64,000 bases of DNA. Source: Eledone cirrhosa (Eukaryota). Location of the stretch: NCBI GenBank assembly GCA_964016885.1, contig OZ024765.1:1922001-1986000 (forward strand), in the 5' to 3' direction. The position numbers and the translations under genes were made by a program. Positions 11,216 through 24,146 of this stretch are shown here, one piece after another. The notes under the pieces are model-generated. The model was not told the DNA's origin, ran no database searches, and saw nothing but the letters and a program-made list of their open reading frames with translations. How positions within the stretch are numbered: the stretch's first letter is position 1; the number at the start of each line of letters is the position of its first letter.

Positions 11216-12909
11216 GCAAGGGGAGGGCAAGAGAGATGAGGGCAATGACTATTGGAACACATAGGTAAGCACTTGGAATTTGGTTAGTACCTCCCTATAT
11301 ATAACAAAGTAAGTGTGGTAAGGGACCAGCTGGACCATAACCCACCAGAGTACTCAATACTTAGGGTAGTAGAGTGGGTAATAGGAAAAGAGTCAGGACC
11401 CCGACGGCTGAGCTCCGGCCGTTTCGACATCTAGATCCGAACTCTGGCTGTCAAAACGGCCGGAGCTCAGCCGTCGGGGTCCTGACTTTTTTCCAATATA
11501 TCATCATCATCATCATCATTTTACGTCCGCTTTTTCCCTGCTTGCAAGGGTGGGACGGGAACTGATTCTGGCTTGATCTCTACAGCTGGATGCCCTTCCT
11601 AACACCAACCCCATTTACAGTGAGTGCTGGGTGCTTTTTTGCTGTGGCACCTCCACGACCACTTTGCAGTGGAATGATAGGGACTGGGGTCCCTATCACC
11701 TCATTTCTACAGCTGAGTAAACTGGAGCAATGTGAAATAAAGTGTCTTGCTCAAAGAAACAACACATCACCCGGTCTGAGAATTGAACTCACAACCTTTC
11801 GATTGCAAGCCCAATGCTCTAACCACTAAGCTTATATATATATTGATAATTAGCAGTATATTAGTGTATTAGTAGTGTATTTAGTTTGTTTATCAACTTC
11901 TCAACCAAACATTGCAGATATAATTCTAATTACTTTACAAGGTAATCATATCTCCGATAAAAAAAAAAAGGCCCAACAACATAAAAAAAAAAAGGAACGA
12001 ACCCGTAACAGTCACAGACAATCTGATGCCAGACAGAACAATGAAGTACCTGTTATTGGAACATATAAATTATCAATGCTTATTAACTTCAGTAATTGCA
12101 TTTAGCTTTTACGTCTATCTCATGCATTGGTAATATCATTCCATTTGAACTTTTTCCTTCATTTGTGTGTGTTGTACATTAATTTGTGTAAGTTTAAGTT
12201 TAGACAAATAGACTAATATATCTTATCTTAGTTTCGTTATCTGAAATCATATGAGAAGTTTTAATTAACTCTGTAATCTTTAAGGTTGTCTTGGCACCTT
12301 TCATTAATGAAATCCTCAATTTCATATCTCAAACACTTCTTCTTCTTCTTCTTCTGTTAAATCTGTGCATTGTATGGCTTGCTTTGAAATTGTCATTGTC
12401 GTTGTTATTATTATTATTATTAGTGGGTTAGCGGTGGAGGGTCGGACGCCATGCTTTGCAGCATAGAGTTACGGCCCTTGCCATTCTGAGTTCAAATCCC
12501 GCCAAGGTTAACTTTGCCTTTCATCCTTACGGGGGTCGATAAAATAAAGTACCAGTAATACACTGTGGGGTGATTGCTGGCCTTGTGCCAAAAGTAGAAA
12601 CAATTATTATTATTTTTATTATTTGTATTATTATTAATGTTATTATCACCATCATCATCATCATCATCGTCATCACAATTATTTTCATCATCATCATCAT
12701 CATCATCACCATCAATATCACCATCATCATCATCACCATCATCACCATCATTACTATCACAGATATCATCATCAGCATCATTATTATTATTATTATTATG
12801 ATGGTGGTGATGATCCCCATAGCAACCAATAAACACATAACTGCAGCACAGATACACCCCCTTCAACAACACAACCACCACGAACACAACCAACAAGAAC
12901 ACCACCACC

Positions 12910-13009
<100 letters not shown>

Positions 13010-13817
13010 TTTACGTCCACTTTTCCCTGCTTGCAAGGGTGGGACAGGAACTGATTCTGGCTTGATCTCTACAGCTGGATGCCCTTCCTAACACCAACCT
13101 CATTTACAGTGAGTGCTGGGTGCTTTTTTGCCGTGGCACCTCCACGACCACTTTACAGTGGAATGATAGGGACCCCAGTCGCTATCATCTCATTTCTACA
13201 GCTGAGTAAACTGGAGCAATGTGAAATAAAGTGTCTTGCTCAAGGAAACAACACATCACCCGGTCTGAGAATTGAACTCACAACTTTTCGATTGCAAGGC
13301 CAATGCTCTAACCACTAAGCCATCTGCCTCCAGATGCGTCTTGATTCTACGAAGCAGATTTTCCTAATGAACTTTTACATCGATATCCTTCGCCTGTCAG
13401 CTTAGATCCTGTTGCTGTCATTCCATGAGTAGTCAAGAACTGTACACATCATTGATATTTCTAGCCCCTCATGGTTGTCAACTATTGGGTTCTTTTCCTT
13501 CTCCACCTGTCAATCAAAGTTGTTTCTTAGATTGGAATTACTACTGTAGTATATTGTTATACTTGGGGAGGGTCATATTGTTGTAATAATATTGCCAGAA
13601 ATAATAACAGAACACACTCACTGTTTGGTTGGTTTTCGCTTCTGTATCTTTTATATCTCCATAGTTAATTTATTTGGCAATCAATGTTTATCATTGATTG
13701 ACCAACAGTTAAAATTACAGATATAAATATATATAGAGAGTCTATCAAATATTTGTTTCGACACACGATTTCATATAAAAAACCTTGCGAAACAAATATA
13801 TATATATATATATATAT

Positions 13818-14052
13818 ATGTTAACCTTGGTCTTCTTCTTCTAGTGTGTCCATGTAGGGGCTCCCAAAGGAGCACTGAGTGCAATGTCAACTCTGGATGT
13901 CGGTGAGCATGTCCAACCAACCTCAGTCTCCTCTGTGCCCTAAGGACAGACACTGGTCTGTTGGAGATGCAGGATATGGCAGCGATAATGAGGGACAGAG
14001 ACCGCTGGAGAGAACTCGTCCATGGATCTTGGGAATTTTACCCGCCTTAGAT
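13818..14052. mobile_element. Same LINE family, 5'-inverted copy
   Basis: 13818-13935 matches the family on the minus strand, and 13938-14052 matches its 3' end on the plus strand. Confidence 0.75.
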
Positions 14053-14110
<58 letters not shown>

Positions 14111-14138
14111 ATATATATATATATATATATAAATATTA

Positions 14139-14467
14139 AATGATATTAAAATAAATGGAAACTATATTTATAAAACCATATTTATTTTATTATATATATT
14201 TGAAGGGTACCAAGACACATTGATATGCTTTCATCAGATAAAATACAAAGTTTGTTTTATAAATAGAGACGTACCCATGAAAAACATACCTTATCGGTTG
14301 TAAATTCACTGATAAGGTATGATTTTCATGGGTACGTCTCTATTTATAAAACAAACTTTGTATTTTATCTGATGAAAGCGTATCAATGTGTCTAGGTACC
14401 CTTCAAATATATATAATAAAATAAATATGGTTTTATAAATATAGTTTCCATTTATTTTAATATCATT
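14139..14467. repeat. ~330-bp palindrome, same family as 6608-6981
   Basis: Arms are reverse-complementary around ~14303; flanked by (TA)n. Confidence 0.9.
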
Positions 14468-14566
14468 GCATATTTACTCCAGTAAACTGTTGAGTGCTCT
14501 AAATCAGTTATAAACATTTATATTTGTTGGACTTTCAACAAATTAAATACCCCCTCTTCTTATATA

Positions 14567-14609
<43 letters not shown>

Positions 14610-14685
14610 CCGGGTTGAGTCGGAGGTAACCACAGTAAGTAACGTACTCAATACATTGCAGAGTATAAAAGTTTTAATATACATG

Positions 14686-14736
14686 AGATTCTACAGGACT
14701 AGAACTGTTTCATTCTTTAGAAATCATCAGGAATCT
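14686..14736 (-). ncRNA. Hammerhead ribozyme motif, family B
   Basis: AGAUUC-CUGAUGA-U UUC UAAA GAA U-GAAACAG UUCUAGUC CUGUA-GAAUCU: 6-bp stem I, 4-bp stem III, GUA triplet. The inverted partner at 14769-14817 has the core mutation CUGGUGA. Confidence 0.75.
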
Positions 14737-14817
14737 TTAGAAATCATCATTCTTTAGAAATCATCAGGGATTCCTGGTGATTTCTAAAGAATGAAACAGT
14801 TCTAGTCCTGTAGAATC

Positions 14818-14872
<55 letters not shown>

Positions 14873-14878
14873 CATACA

Positions 14879-14928
<50 letters not shown>

Positions 14929-16268
14929 CATACATACATACACACACATATATATATATATACGTTTCTGCGTGTGTTAGAAATGAGATATTGTTTCACT
15001 CTCATGTGTCATAGCATCTGTCAATAATTCTATTATTTTATAATTCAGCAATTCTATAATTCCGTTAATTCTGTCATTCCGCTGTTCTGTAATTCTTTAT
15101 AATTCTGTTGACATATGATATACTATGGTAGATTTCATGTAGCGTTATATGGGTTGTAGTGGTGGGAGTGGTGGTAGTGGTGGTGGTGGTGGTGGTGGTA
15201 GTGGTGGTGGTGGTGGTGTTGGTGGTGGTGGTGGTGTTGTTGTTGGTGGTGGTAGTGGTGGTAGTGGTGGTAGTGGTGGTAGTGGTGTTGTTGTTGTTGG
15301 TGGTGGTGGTTGTGTTGGTGTTGGTGGAGGTAGTGGTGGTAGTGGTGGTGGTGTGGTGGTGTTGGTGGAGGTAGTGGTGTTAGTGGTGGTGGTGTCGGTG
15401 GTTGTAGTGGTGGTGGTGTTGGTGGTAGAGGTAGTGGTGCTAATGGTGTTGGTGGTGGTGGAGGTGGTGGTGGTGTTGTTGTTGGTGGTGGTGGTGTTGT
15501 TGGTAGTTGTGGTGGTTGTGTTGGTGTTGGTAGAGGTAGTGGTGTTAGTGGTGGTGTTGTGGTGGTGTTGGTGGTGGAGGTAGTGGTGCTAGTGGTAATG
15601 GTGGTGGTGGTGGTATTGTGGTGGTGTTGTGGTGGTGGTGTTGTTGGTGGAGGTAGTGGTGTTAGTGGTGGTGTTGTTGAGGTGGTGTTGGTGGTGGAGG
15701 TAGTGGTGCTAGTGGTGGTTGTAGTGGTGGTAGTGGTGGTGGTGTTGTGGTGTTGTTGTTGTTGGTGGAGGTAGTGGTGTTAGTGGTGGTGGTGGTGGAG
15801 GTAGTGGTGTTAGTGGTGGTGTTGTTGTTGTGGTGTTGGAGGTAGTGGTGCTAGTGGTAATGGTGGTGGTGGTGGTGTTGTGGTGGTGGTGTTGGTTTTA
15901 GTGGTAATGGTGGTGTTGTTGTTATTGTGTTGGTGGTGTTGGTGGTGGTGGCAGTGTTGGTTGGACAGGAAGCTGCAGTGTAGGTGGGTGGAGGTTTATC
16001 CTTGTTGTAAAACACAACATGCCTTCCACTCCCACCTTACAGTTCTCACCCACTTAACCACTTCCTATGAATAGGCTTTATTGAAAGATACACTTACAGC
16101 CTTTGACAAATATATTTATTGATTTCTCTGCCACACAGAAATGGTAAATGGTATTGGAATGGTATGGAATGGTATTGGAATGGTATGGAATGGTATTTCA
16201 GGAAATTGGTCACTGAATATCTAAAGTTTGTAGACGGAAACTGCGAGGAAGCCTATTATATATATATA

Positions 16269-16575
16269 TCATCATCATCATCATCATTTTACGTCTGCTT
16301 TTCCCTGCCTGCAAGGGTGGGACGGGTCCTATTCAGCACAGCATCTCTCCACTTGTCACGGTCCTTCCTTCGTCATCTCCACCGTGAGCTTCAGCGATCT
16401 GAGGTCTGCTCTCACCACCTCCACCCATGTTTTTCGTGGTCTACCTCTACTGCGTATTCCTTCTACTGGGATTTCTTGGCACTTTTTTACCCATCGGTCA
16501 TCCTCCATGTGCATCACATGTCCATACCACCGCAGTCTCCTCTCTCGCACACTACATTCTATCCCTCTCAGACAC
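16269..16575 (-). mobile_element. RTE-clade LINE 3' fragment
   Basis: ERRLRWYGHVMHMEDDRWVKK...VEGIRSRGRPRKTW is the typical RTE ORF C-terminus. Confidence 0.88.
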
Positions 16576-16626
16576 AGTTTCTCTCTCTTATATATATATT
16601 TATGTAATAAACGACATAAGACAATT

Positions 16627-16701
16627 ATTCCATTTACCAAAGGTTTCACGAAGACAGACGAGCTCAACACAGACGTCTGAAATCACTCATCAGAATGAAA
16701 T
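16627..16701 (-). ncRNA. Hammerhead ribozyme motif, family D
   Basis: AUUUCAUU-CUGAUGA-GUGA UUU CAGACG(loop)CGUCUG UCU UCGU-GAAACC UUU GGUA-AAUGGAAU. Confidence 0.72.
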
Positions 16702-18177
16702 TTTATTTTATATATATATCATCATCATCACCGTTTTATGTCTATTCTTCCACGTCTATGTCTATTCTGTTGTGGGTAGTGTCCAGTCGGCTGACCTTGT
16801 CTTGCTCATCCGGGAACTGATTTTGGCTTGATTTCTCAGCTGGATGCCCTTCCTAAGACCAACCCCATTTACAGCGAGTACTCTGAGCTTTTTTACCGTG
16901 GCACCTCCACGACCACTTTATGGTGTGGGCTGGTTGCTTTTTTTGTCGTGATACCTCCATGTCCACTTTGCAGTGGGAAGGGGTGAGGGCATGTTGTCTA
17001 TATGCTTCAGCTTCAGCTTGTACCCATGGGTCGTCTGTATTACTGCGTGACGCCAGGGATCACGGCCGTGTGTCATCGCCTTTGAGAAGTGCAATTGGGC
17101 AAGGTCTGCTTTTATCACCTCATCTCATATAAATATATATGTATATATACATACATATATAAATATATATATATACATACATATAAAAATATATATACAT
17201 ACATATATAAATATATACATACATACATATAAAAATATATATACATACATATATAAATATATATATGTATATATATATTTTCATATATATATTAAAGTTA
17301 CACATCAAAAAGACCAAATATATGGGACAAATAAATGAAAGGATTTATCCTCTTGAGCCACTCACTGGGCAATGCAGTTTTGTACTTTTATGTAAGGACC
17401 TTTGTTAAGTTATGTTCCAGACATCACCTTAATAATGAGAAAGTTAGTTATATCACTAAACCTCTCAGACTCTGAATTATTTTCAAAATTAATAGAAAAA
17501 CCACAGACAGAGTCTTTAATTAGAAATATGGTAACGAAAGGGTTAATTAATTAGAAATATGGTAACGAAAGGGTTCAAGTGTTTATATTTATCTGAAAAC
17601 CTTCCATCATAATTTTATGTAAGAACTTTAATTAAGTTATGTTCCAAACACCAGGTTAATAAAACAGTGTCTTGCATTAGAAATATGGTAATGAAAGGGT
17701 TCAAGTGTTTATAATTATCTTTAAAAATCCTCCATCGTATATTTTATGTAAGAACCTTTGTTAAGTTATGTTCTAAACACCAAGTTAATGAAATTCTTGA
17801 TTATTTTCAAAATGATTTAATATCATAAGTAGAGTCTTTCATTAGAAATATGGCAAGTGTAGGATTACGATGTTCCAAAAACCAATTATTAATTTATGCG
17901 AAAATTGGTTATATTATTAAATTACTCAAAATTCTTAACTATTTATAAAAATGCACACAATTATTTCGTTTTCCCATTTTCTTTTTTTGTAATTATATAT
18001 TCATCTTATAAATTGGCCAAACATACAGAACAAGAAAAAAGTATTAGAAAGTACTATAAATGCCATAAATGAGAGCAAAAGGAGGGAAAGAACAAGGGCT
18101 ATTGGACAAAATTTTCAAATATATTTGATAAAACAGACAGTGTCTTTCATTAGAAATATGGTAATGAAAATGCTAAG

Positions 18178-19540
18178 ATCATCATCATCATCGTTTAATG
18201 TCCATTTTCCATGCTAGCATGGGTTAGACGGTTTTGTTCCATTTGATGTGGGAATGGTCAGGAGACCATGTCTCACTCGTTTGGAAGTATCTCTGGCAGG
18301 TTTTTTTTACAGCTGGATGCCCTTCCTAACAACAACCACATTTATAGTGTGGACTGGGAGCCTTTTCACTGTGTCTCCTACATGGCCACTGTACAGTATG
18401 GACTGGGAGCCTTTTTACTGTGTCTCCTACACAACCTCTTTACAGTGAGGACTGGGAGCCTTTTCACTGTGTCTCCTACATGGCCACCGTACAGTATGGA
18501 CTGGGAGCCTTTTTACTGTGTCTCCTACACAACCTCTTTACAGTGTGGTCTGGGAGCCTTTTTACTGTGTCTCCTACACAACCTCTTTACAGTGAGGACT
18601 GGGAGCCTTTTTACTGTGTCTCCTACACAACCTCTTTACAGTGTGGACTGGGAGCCTTTTTACTGTGTCTCCTACACAACCTCTTTACAGTGTGGACTGG
18701 GAGCCTTTTTACTGTGTCTCCTACACAACCTCTTTACAGTGAGGACTGGGAGCCTTTTCACTGTGTCTCCTACATGGCCACCGTACAGTATGGACTGGGA
18801 GCCTTTTTACTGTGTCTCCTACATAACCAGTTTACAGTGTGGACTGGGAGCCTTTTTACTGTGTCTCCTACACAACCTCTTTACAGTGTGAACTGGGAGC
18901 CTTTTTACTGTGTCTCCTACACAACCTCTTTACAGTGTGGACTGGGAGCCTTTTTACTGTGTCTCCTACACAACCTCTTTACAGTGTGGACTGGGAGCCT
19001 TTTTACTGTGTCTCCTACACAACCTCTTTACAGTGTGGACTGGGAGCCTTTTTACTGTGTCTCCTACACAACCTCTTTACAGTATGAACTGGGAGCCTTT
19101 TTACTGTGTCTCCTACACAACCTCTTTACAGTATGGACTGGGAGCCTTTTTACTGTGTCTCCTACACAACCTCTTTACAGTATGAACTGGGAGCCTTTTT
19201 ACTGTGTCTCCTACACAACCTCTTTACAGTATGGACTGGGAGCCTTTTTACTGTGTCTCCTACACAACCTCTTTACAGTGTGGACTGGGAGCCTTTTCAC
19301 CGTGCCCCCTACACAGCCACCTTACAGTGTGGACTGTCGTGTCATCGACAAAGTGGACGGAACGGGAGAGGGAGGATGGAGTTGGGTGTGGGGGTGAGGT
19401 GTACATTGGGTTAAGAGGTACCTACTGACTGTAGGTTTGTATGCAATGGCTGTCAGGTCTTCTGTACAACTGCATGGCACCAAAAAAGGTCTCGATCCAG
19501 TGTTATTGTCTTAGAGAGGTGTAGGTGGCCAAGGTCAGCT
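18178..19540 (-). mobile_element. RTE-type LINE 3' region containing an expanded 49-bp minisatellite
   Basis: RTE tail (catcatcgtttaatgtcc...catgctagcatgggttagacgg) followed by ~20 units at 18345-19335. Relatives with 2-3 units lie at 30730-31100 and 46780-47240. Confidence 0.75.
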
Positions 19541-20554
19541 CCCAAACACCAGTTAATAAGACAGTGTCTTTCATTAGAAATATGGTAATGAAAGGTTTAA
19601 AGTGTTTATATTTATCTAAAACCTTCCATCTAATTTTATGTAAGAACTTTTGTTAAGTTATGTTCCAAATACCAAGTTTCTTTCATTAGAAATATGGTAA
19701 CAAAAGAATTTAAATATTTATGTTTATAATAAAGAAAACACTTCCATCATAATTTTAACCTGCGTTAAGTTATGTTCCAAACACCAGCTTAATAACGAGA
19801 AAGATAGTTATATTATTAAATTTCTCAGAATTATTTGATAAACATAGGTAATGTCTTTCATTAGAAATATAACAGATATCTGTATACGACATGTACCAAG
19901 CACCAACTTGATAATGAGAAAGATATATATTTATATTAAATTCCTCAAAATTATTTATTACTTTCAAAATTATTTGAAAACCACAAACGGTGTCATTTAT
20001 TAGAAATATGGTAATAAAAGAGTTTAAATATTTATATTTATAATAAAAATCCTTTCCATCATAATTTTATATAAGAACCTTTGTTAAGTTATGTTCCAAA
20101 CACCAGTTTAATATTATTTTAAAACCAGTGTCTTTCATTAGAAATATGGTAATGAAAGACTGAAATATTTATATTTAAAGTAAACAACCCTTCCATCATA
20201 ATTTTATATAAGAACCTTTGTTAAGTTATGTTTCAAACACCAGCTTAATTTTATTTGAAAACCAAACAGCAGTTTTTGGTAATGAAAATTATTTGATAAC
20301 ACAGGGAGTGTCTTTCATTAATATTCTACAGATATAGAATATTAAGATATATTCACAAAACTAACTTAATAATGAGAAAGATATTTATATATTACTAAAT
20401 TCTTCAGAATTCTAAATTATTTTCAAAATAATCAGCATCTTTCATTAGAAATATGGTAGATGTTGGATCAATTATTATAACTGGTTGACAAAACTAGGTT
20501 TAGTTTGATAGAAACAGCAAGCTTTAACCCTTTAGTATTTACATTACTCTATAT

Positions 20555-20600
20555 CAGTGGTTCCCAACCTTTTTTGCTCCATGCCACACAGCAACATCTA
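20555..20600 (+). mobile_element. hAT/Charlie-like terminal fragment
   Basis: CAGTGGTTCCCAACCTTTTT resembles hAT-Charlie TIRs; no partner TIR was found. Confidence 0.35.
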
Positions 20601-20659
20601 AAAAATGTTTATGTTCCCCTTCGATATAAAAACAAGTTTTGTTCAATATCCTGCAAGAT

Positions 20660-21725
20660 ATGTGAGATAAAGCCTTTACTGTGAAAATACAATAGTATAT
20701 ATAGAGTAATGTAAATGTTATGTGAGATATTATGTGAGGTAAAGCCTTTACTGTGAAAATACAATAGTATATATAGAGTAATGTAAATGTTATGTGAGAT
20801 ATTATGTGAGGTAAAGCCTTTACTGTGAAAATACAATAGTATATATAGAGTAATGTAAATGTTATGTGAGATATTATGTGAGGTAAAGCCTTTACTGTGA
20901 AAATACAATAGTATATATAGAGTAATATAAATGTTATGTGAGATATTATGTGAGGTAAAGCCTTTACTGTGAAAATACAATAGTATATATAGAGTAATGT
21001 AAATGTTATGTGAGATATTATGTGAGGTAAAGCCTTTACTGTGAAAATACAATAGTATATATAAAGTAATGTAAATGTTATGTGAGATATTATGTGAGGT
21101 AAAGCCTTTACTGTGACAATACAATAGTATATATAGAGTAATATAAATGTTATATGAGATATTATGTGAGATAAAGCCTTTACTGTGAAAATACAATAGT
21201 ATATATAGAGTAATGTAAATGGTATGTGAGATATTATGTGAGATAAAGCCTTTACTGTGAAAATACAATAGTATATATAAAGTAATGTAAATGTTATGTG
21301 AGATATTATGTGAGGTAAAGCCTTTACTGTGACAATACAATAGTATATATAGAGTAATATAAATGTTATATGAGATATTATGTGAGGTAAAGCCTTTACT
21401 GTGAAAATACAATAGTATATATAAAGTAATGTAAATGTTATGTGAGATATTATGTGAGGTAAAGCCTTTACTGTGACAATACAATAGTATATATAGAGTA
21501 ATATAAATGTTATATGAGATATTATGTGAGGTAAAGCCTTTACTGTGACAATACAATAGTATATATAGAGTAATATAAATGTTATATGAGATATTATGTG
21601 AGGTAAAGCCTTTACTGTGAAAATACAATAGTATATATAGAGTAATGTAAATGTTATATGAGATATTATGTGAGGTAAAGCCTTTACTGTGAAAATACAA
21701 TAGTATATATAGAGTAATGTAAATG
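20660..21725. repeat. 72-bp minisatellite, ~15 copies (also 24820-25063 and 41420-41775)
   Basis: Unit aaagcctttactgtgaaaatacaatagtatatatagagtaatgtaaatgttatgtgagatattatgtgaggt. Confidence 0.95.
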
Positions 21726-22700
21726 GTAATGGATAATGGAGTTCTGAGGTGGATTAAATCCTCAGATTGTTACATTTCATACACTACACAATGTTAAGAA
21801 TTAATATAAAATTAAAGAAATTATATTTTAATAATATTGATAATCCATCTGAAGAATTATTTCATTGATAATAGAAAAGAATTTGGCTTCTTTGTGTTTT
21901 TGACATTTTTTAAAAGGTAAATTCTATCATATATGAAACTAATGTAAAGTATATATTTGTATTTATAAGTATTTATAATTTAAAAGTGCACATAAAGGCT
22001 TTAAAAGGACTGTGTGTGTATGTATCTATGTGTGTTTGTGTGTGTACAGACACAAACACACACAGATACATACACACACACATATTTATATATATATATA
22101 TTTACACACATACACACTCACGAGCATTGGCCTTGCAATCGAAAGATTGTGAGTTCAATTCTCAGACCGGGTGATGTGTTGTTTCCTTGTGCAAGACAAT
22201 ACATTTCACATTGCTCCAGTTAACTCAGCTGTAGAAATGAGATGATAGGGACTGGGGTCCCTATCATTCCACTGCAAAGTGGACGTGGAGGCGCCACGGT
22301 AAAAAAACACCCAGCATGTAAATGAGGTTGGTGTTAGGAAGGGCATCCAGCTGTAGAAATCAAGCCAGCACCAGTTCCCGTCCCACCCTTGCAAGCAGGG
22401 AAAAGCAGACGTAAAATGATGATGATGATGATGATGATATTTACATATATATATATAGTTACATACACACACACATATATATATATCATACATTATCTGT
22501 TTTGCCGTTCTTATTTATCCCCCACTCCTTTCACCCTCTCCCCCTCCCTCTACACCCCCCCCTCTCCCCTACACAGCATGACTTTATATTTTTCCTCACA
22601 TCCAATAATTTTAATGAATGTTCCCCATTGTCCAGGAATCGTATCTGTCTTTAATTTCCGATATTGTATATAAATCTATACACCATTGGTGTGTATATAG

Positions 22701-22778
<78 letters not shown>

Positions 22779-23167
22779 CCATCATCATCATCATCATATA
22801 TATACACACACACATATGCACACATATACACACACACCCTTGCTAGGAGTTAAAGAGGACATTAAAATGACAATGATTCATATATATATATATGTATATA
22901 TATGTATATGTGTGTCTGTGTGTGTATGTGTACATGTCTGTATATATATATATATATAGCTACATGCATGTAAGAATATATAGTATAATATAATATAATA
23001 TAATATAATATATATATATATATAAATATATATATGCAGAGGTTATATTTAATTTGTTGGGATTCAAGAAGCAAAATATTTTATAACTGATATAAAGCAC
23101 TCAAGAAATTATTGGAGTAAAAATACGATATATTAACAAATGGAAACTATATTTATAAAACCATATT

Positions 23168-23233
23168 TATTTCATTATACATATTTCAAGGGCCACCACG
23201 TTAAATGATGATGTGCTTTCATCAGATAAAATA
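23168..23233 (-). ncRNA. Hammerhead ribozyme motif, family C
   Basis: Same core and stem I as 6874-6938; stem II is AAG/CUU plus CAUCA/UGGUG. Confidence 0.7.
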
Positions 23234-23348
23234 TAATATAGGTTAGTTTTATAAATAAATATTGACATACCCTTAAAAAATGCAACCATTCTGGTTGGAA
23301 TCTCCTGGATAGTGAAATATGTATAATAAAATAAATATGGTTTTATAA

Positions 23349-23392
<44 letters not shown>

Positions 23393-23399
23393 ATCTCCC

Positions 23400-23447
<48 letters not shown>

Positions 23448-24110
23448 AATATATTTATATATATACTCTCGGCTGGCCCCTTCCTCACACTTTCACTCAC
23501 TCACTCTCTGCTACTCCCCCTCTCTCACTTCCTCCCGTCTGACCTGCGGGAAATATTCATTCCTCTCTCCCTTTTCTCGTAGCTCGGACGTGTCTGTTTC
23601 TTCTCGGACTTAAGCCCAGAAGATTCACTGACTTTGTCTCTCTTTTCCTCTCTTTACGTTGCATTACTACCATGTTGTTTCTTTCCTTTCCTCTCTTTTC
23701 CTCTGTCCCGATAACTTAATTTAGTTATCGCTCGCACTGATTTTAGGTATCTAGTCTTTAATGCGAAGAAATACCAATGATAATCAGCAGACTACTGATG
23801 ATGGACAGTCTTGTTTCTCGGTTTATTTTTATTCATATATATATATGTGTGAGAAAAACCACAGACCCTCCATCTCAACTCTACTTTTGCAAAGCAGAAG
23901 AACTGCGAAACCGGTAAAGGAACCAAATAAATATATATATATTTTTTTAAAATAAGACTCCAGTTGCATTTTCGATTTCATCCTTTTTTCTTTATACTTT
24001 CACTCGTGTAGGACACCTCGGTTATTTTTCATTTTGTAAAAAAAACCTCACTTTCTAATATATATATATATATATATGTGTGTGTGTATCTATCTTCCTC
24101 TCCCCCTCTC

Positions 24111-24146
<36 letters not shown>

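Noticed and set aside
18345-19335. CRISPR-like regular repeats
   Set aside because: Units are contiguous with no unique spacers, there are no cas genes, and the context is eukaryotic.
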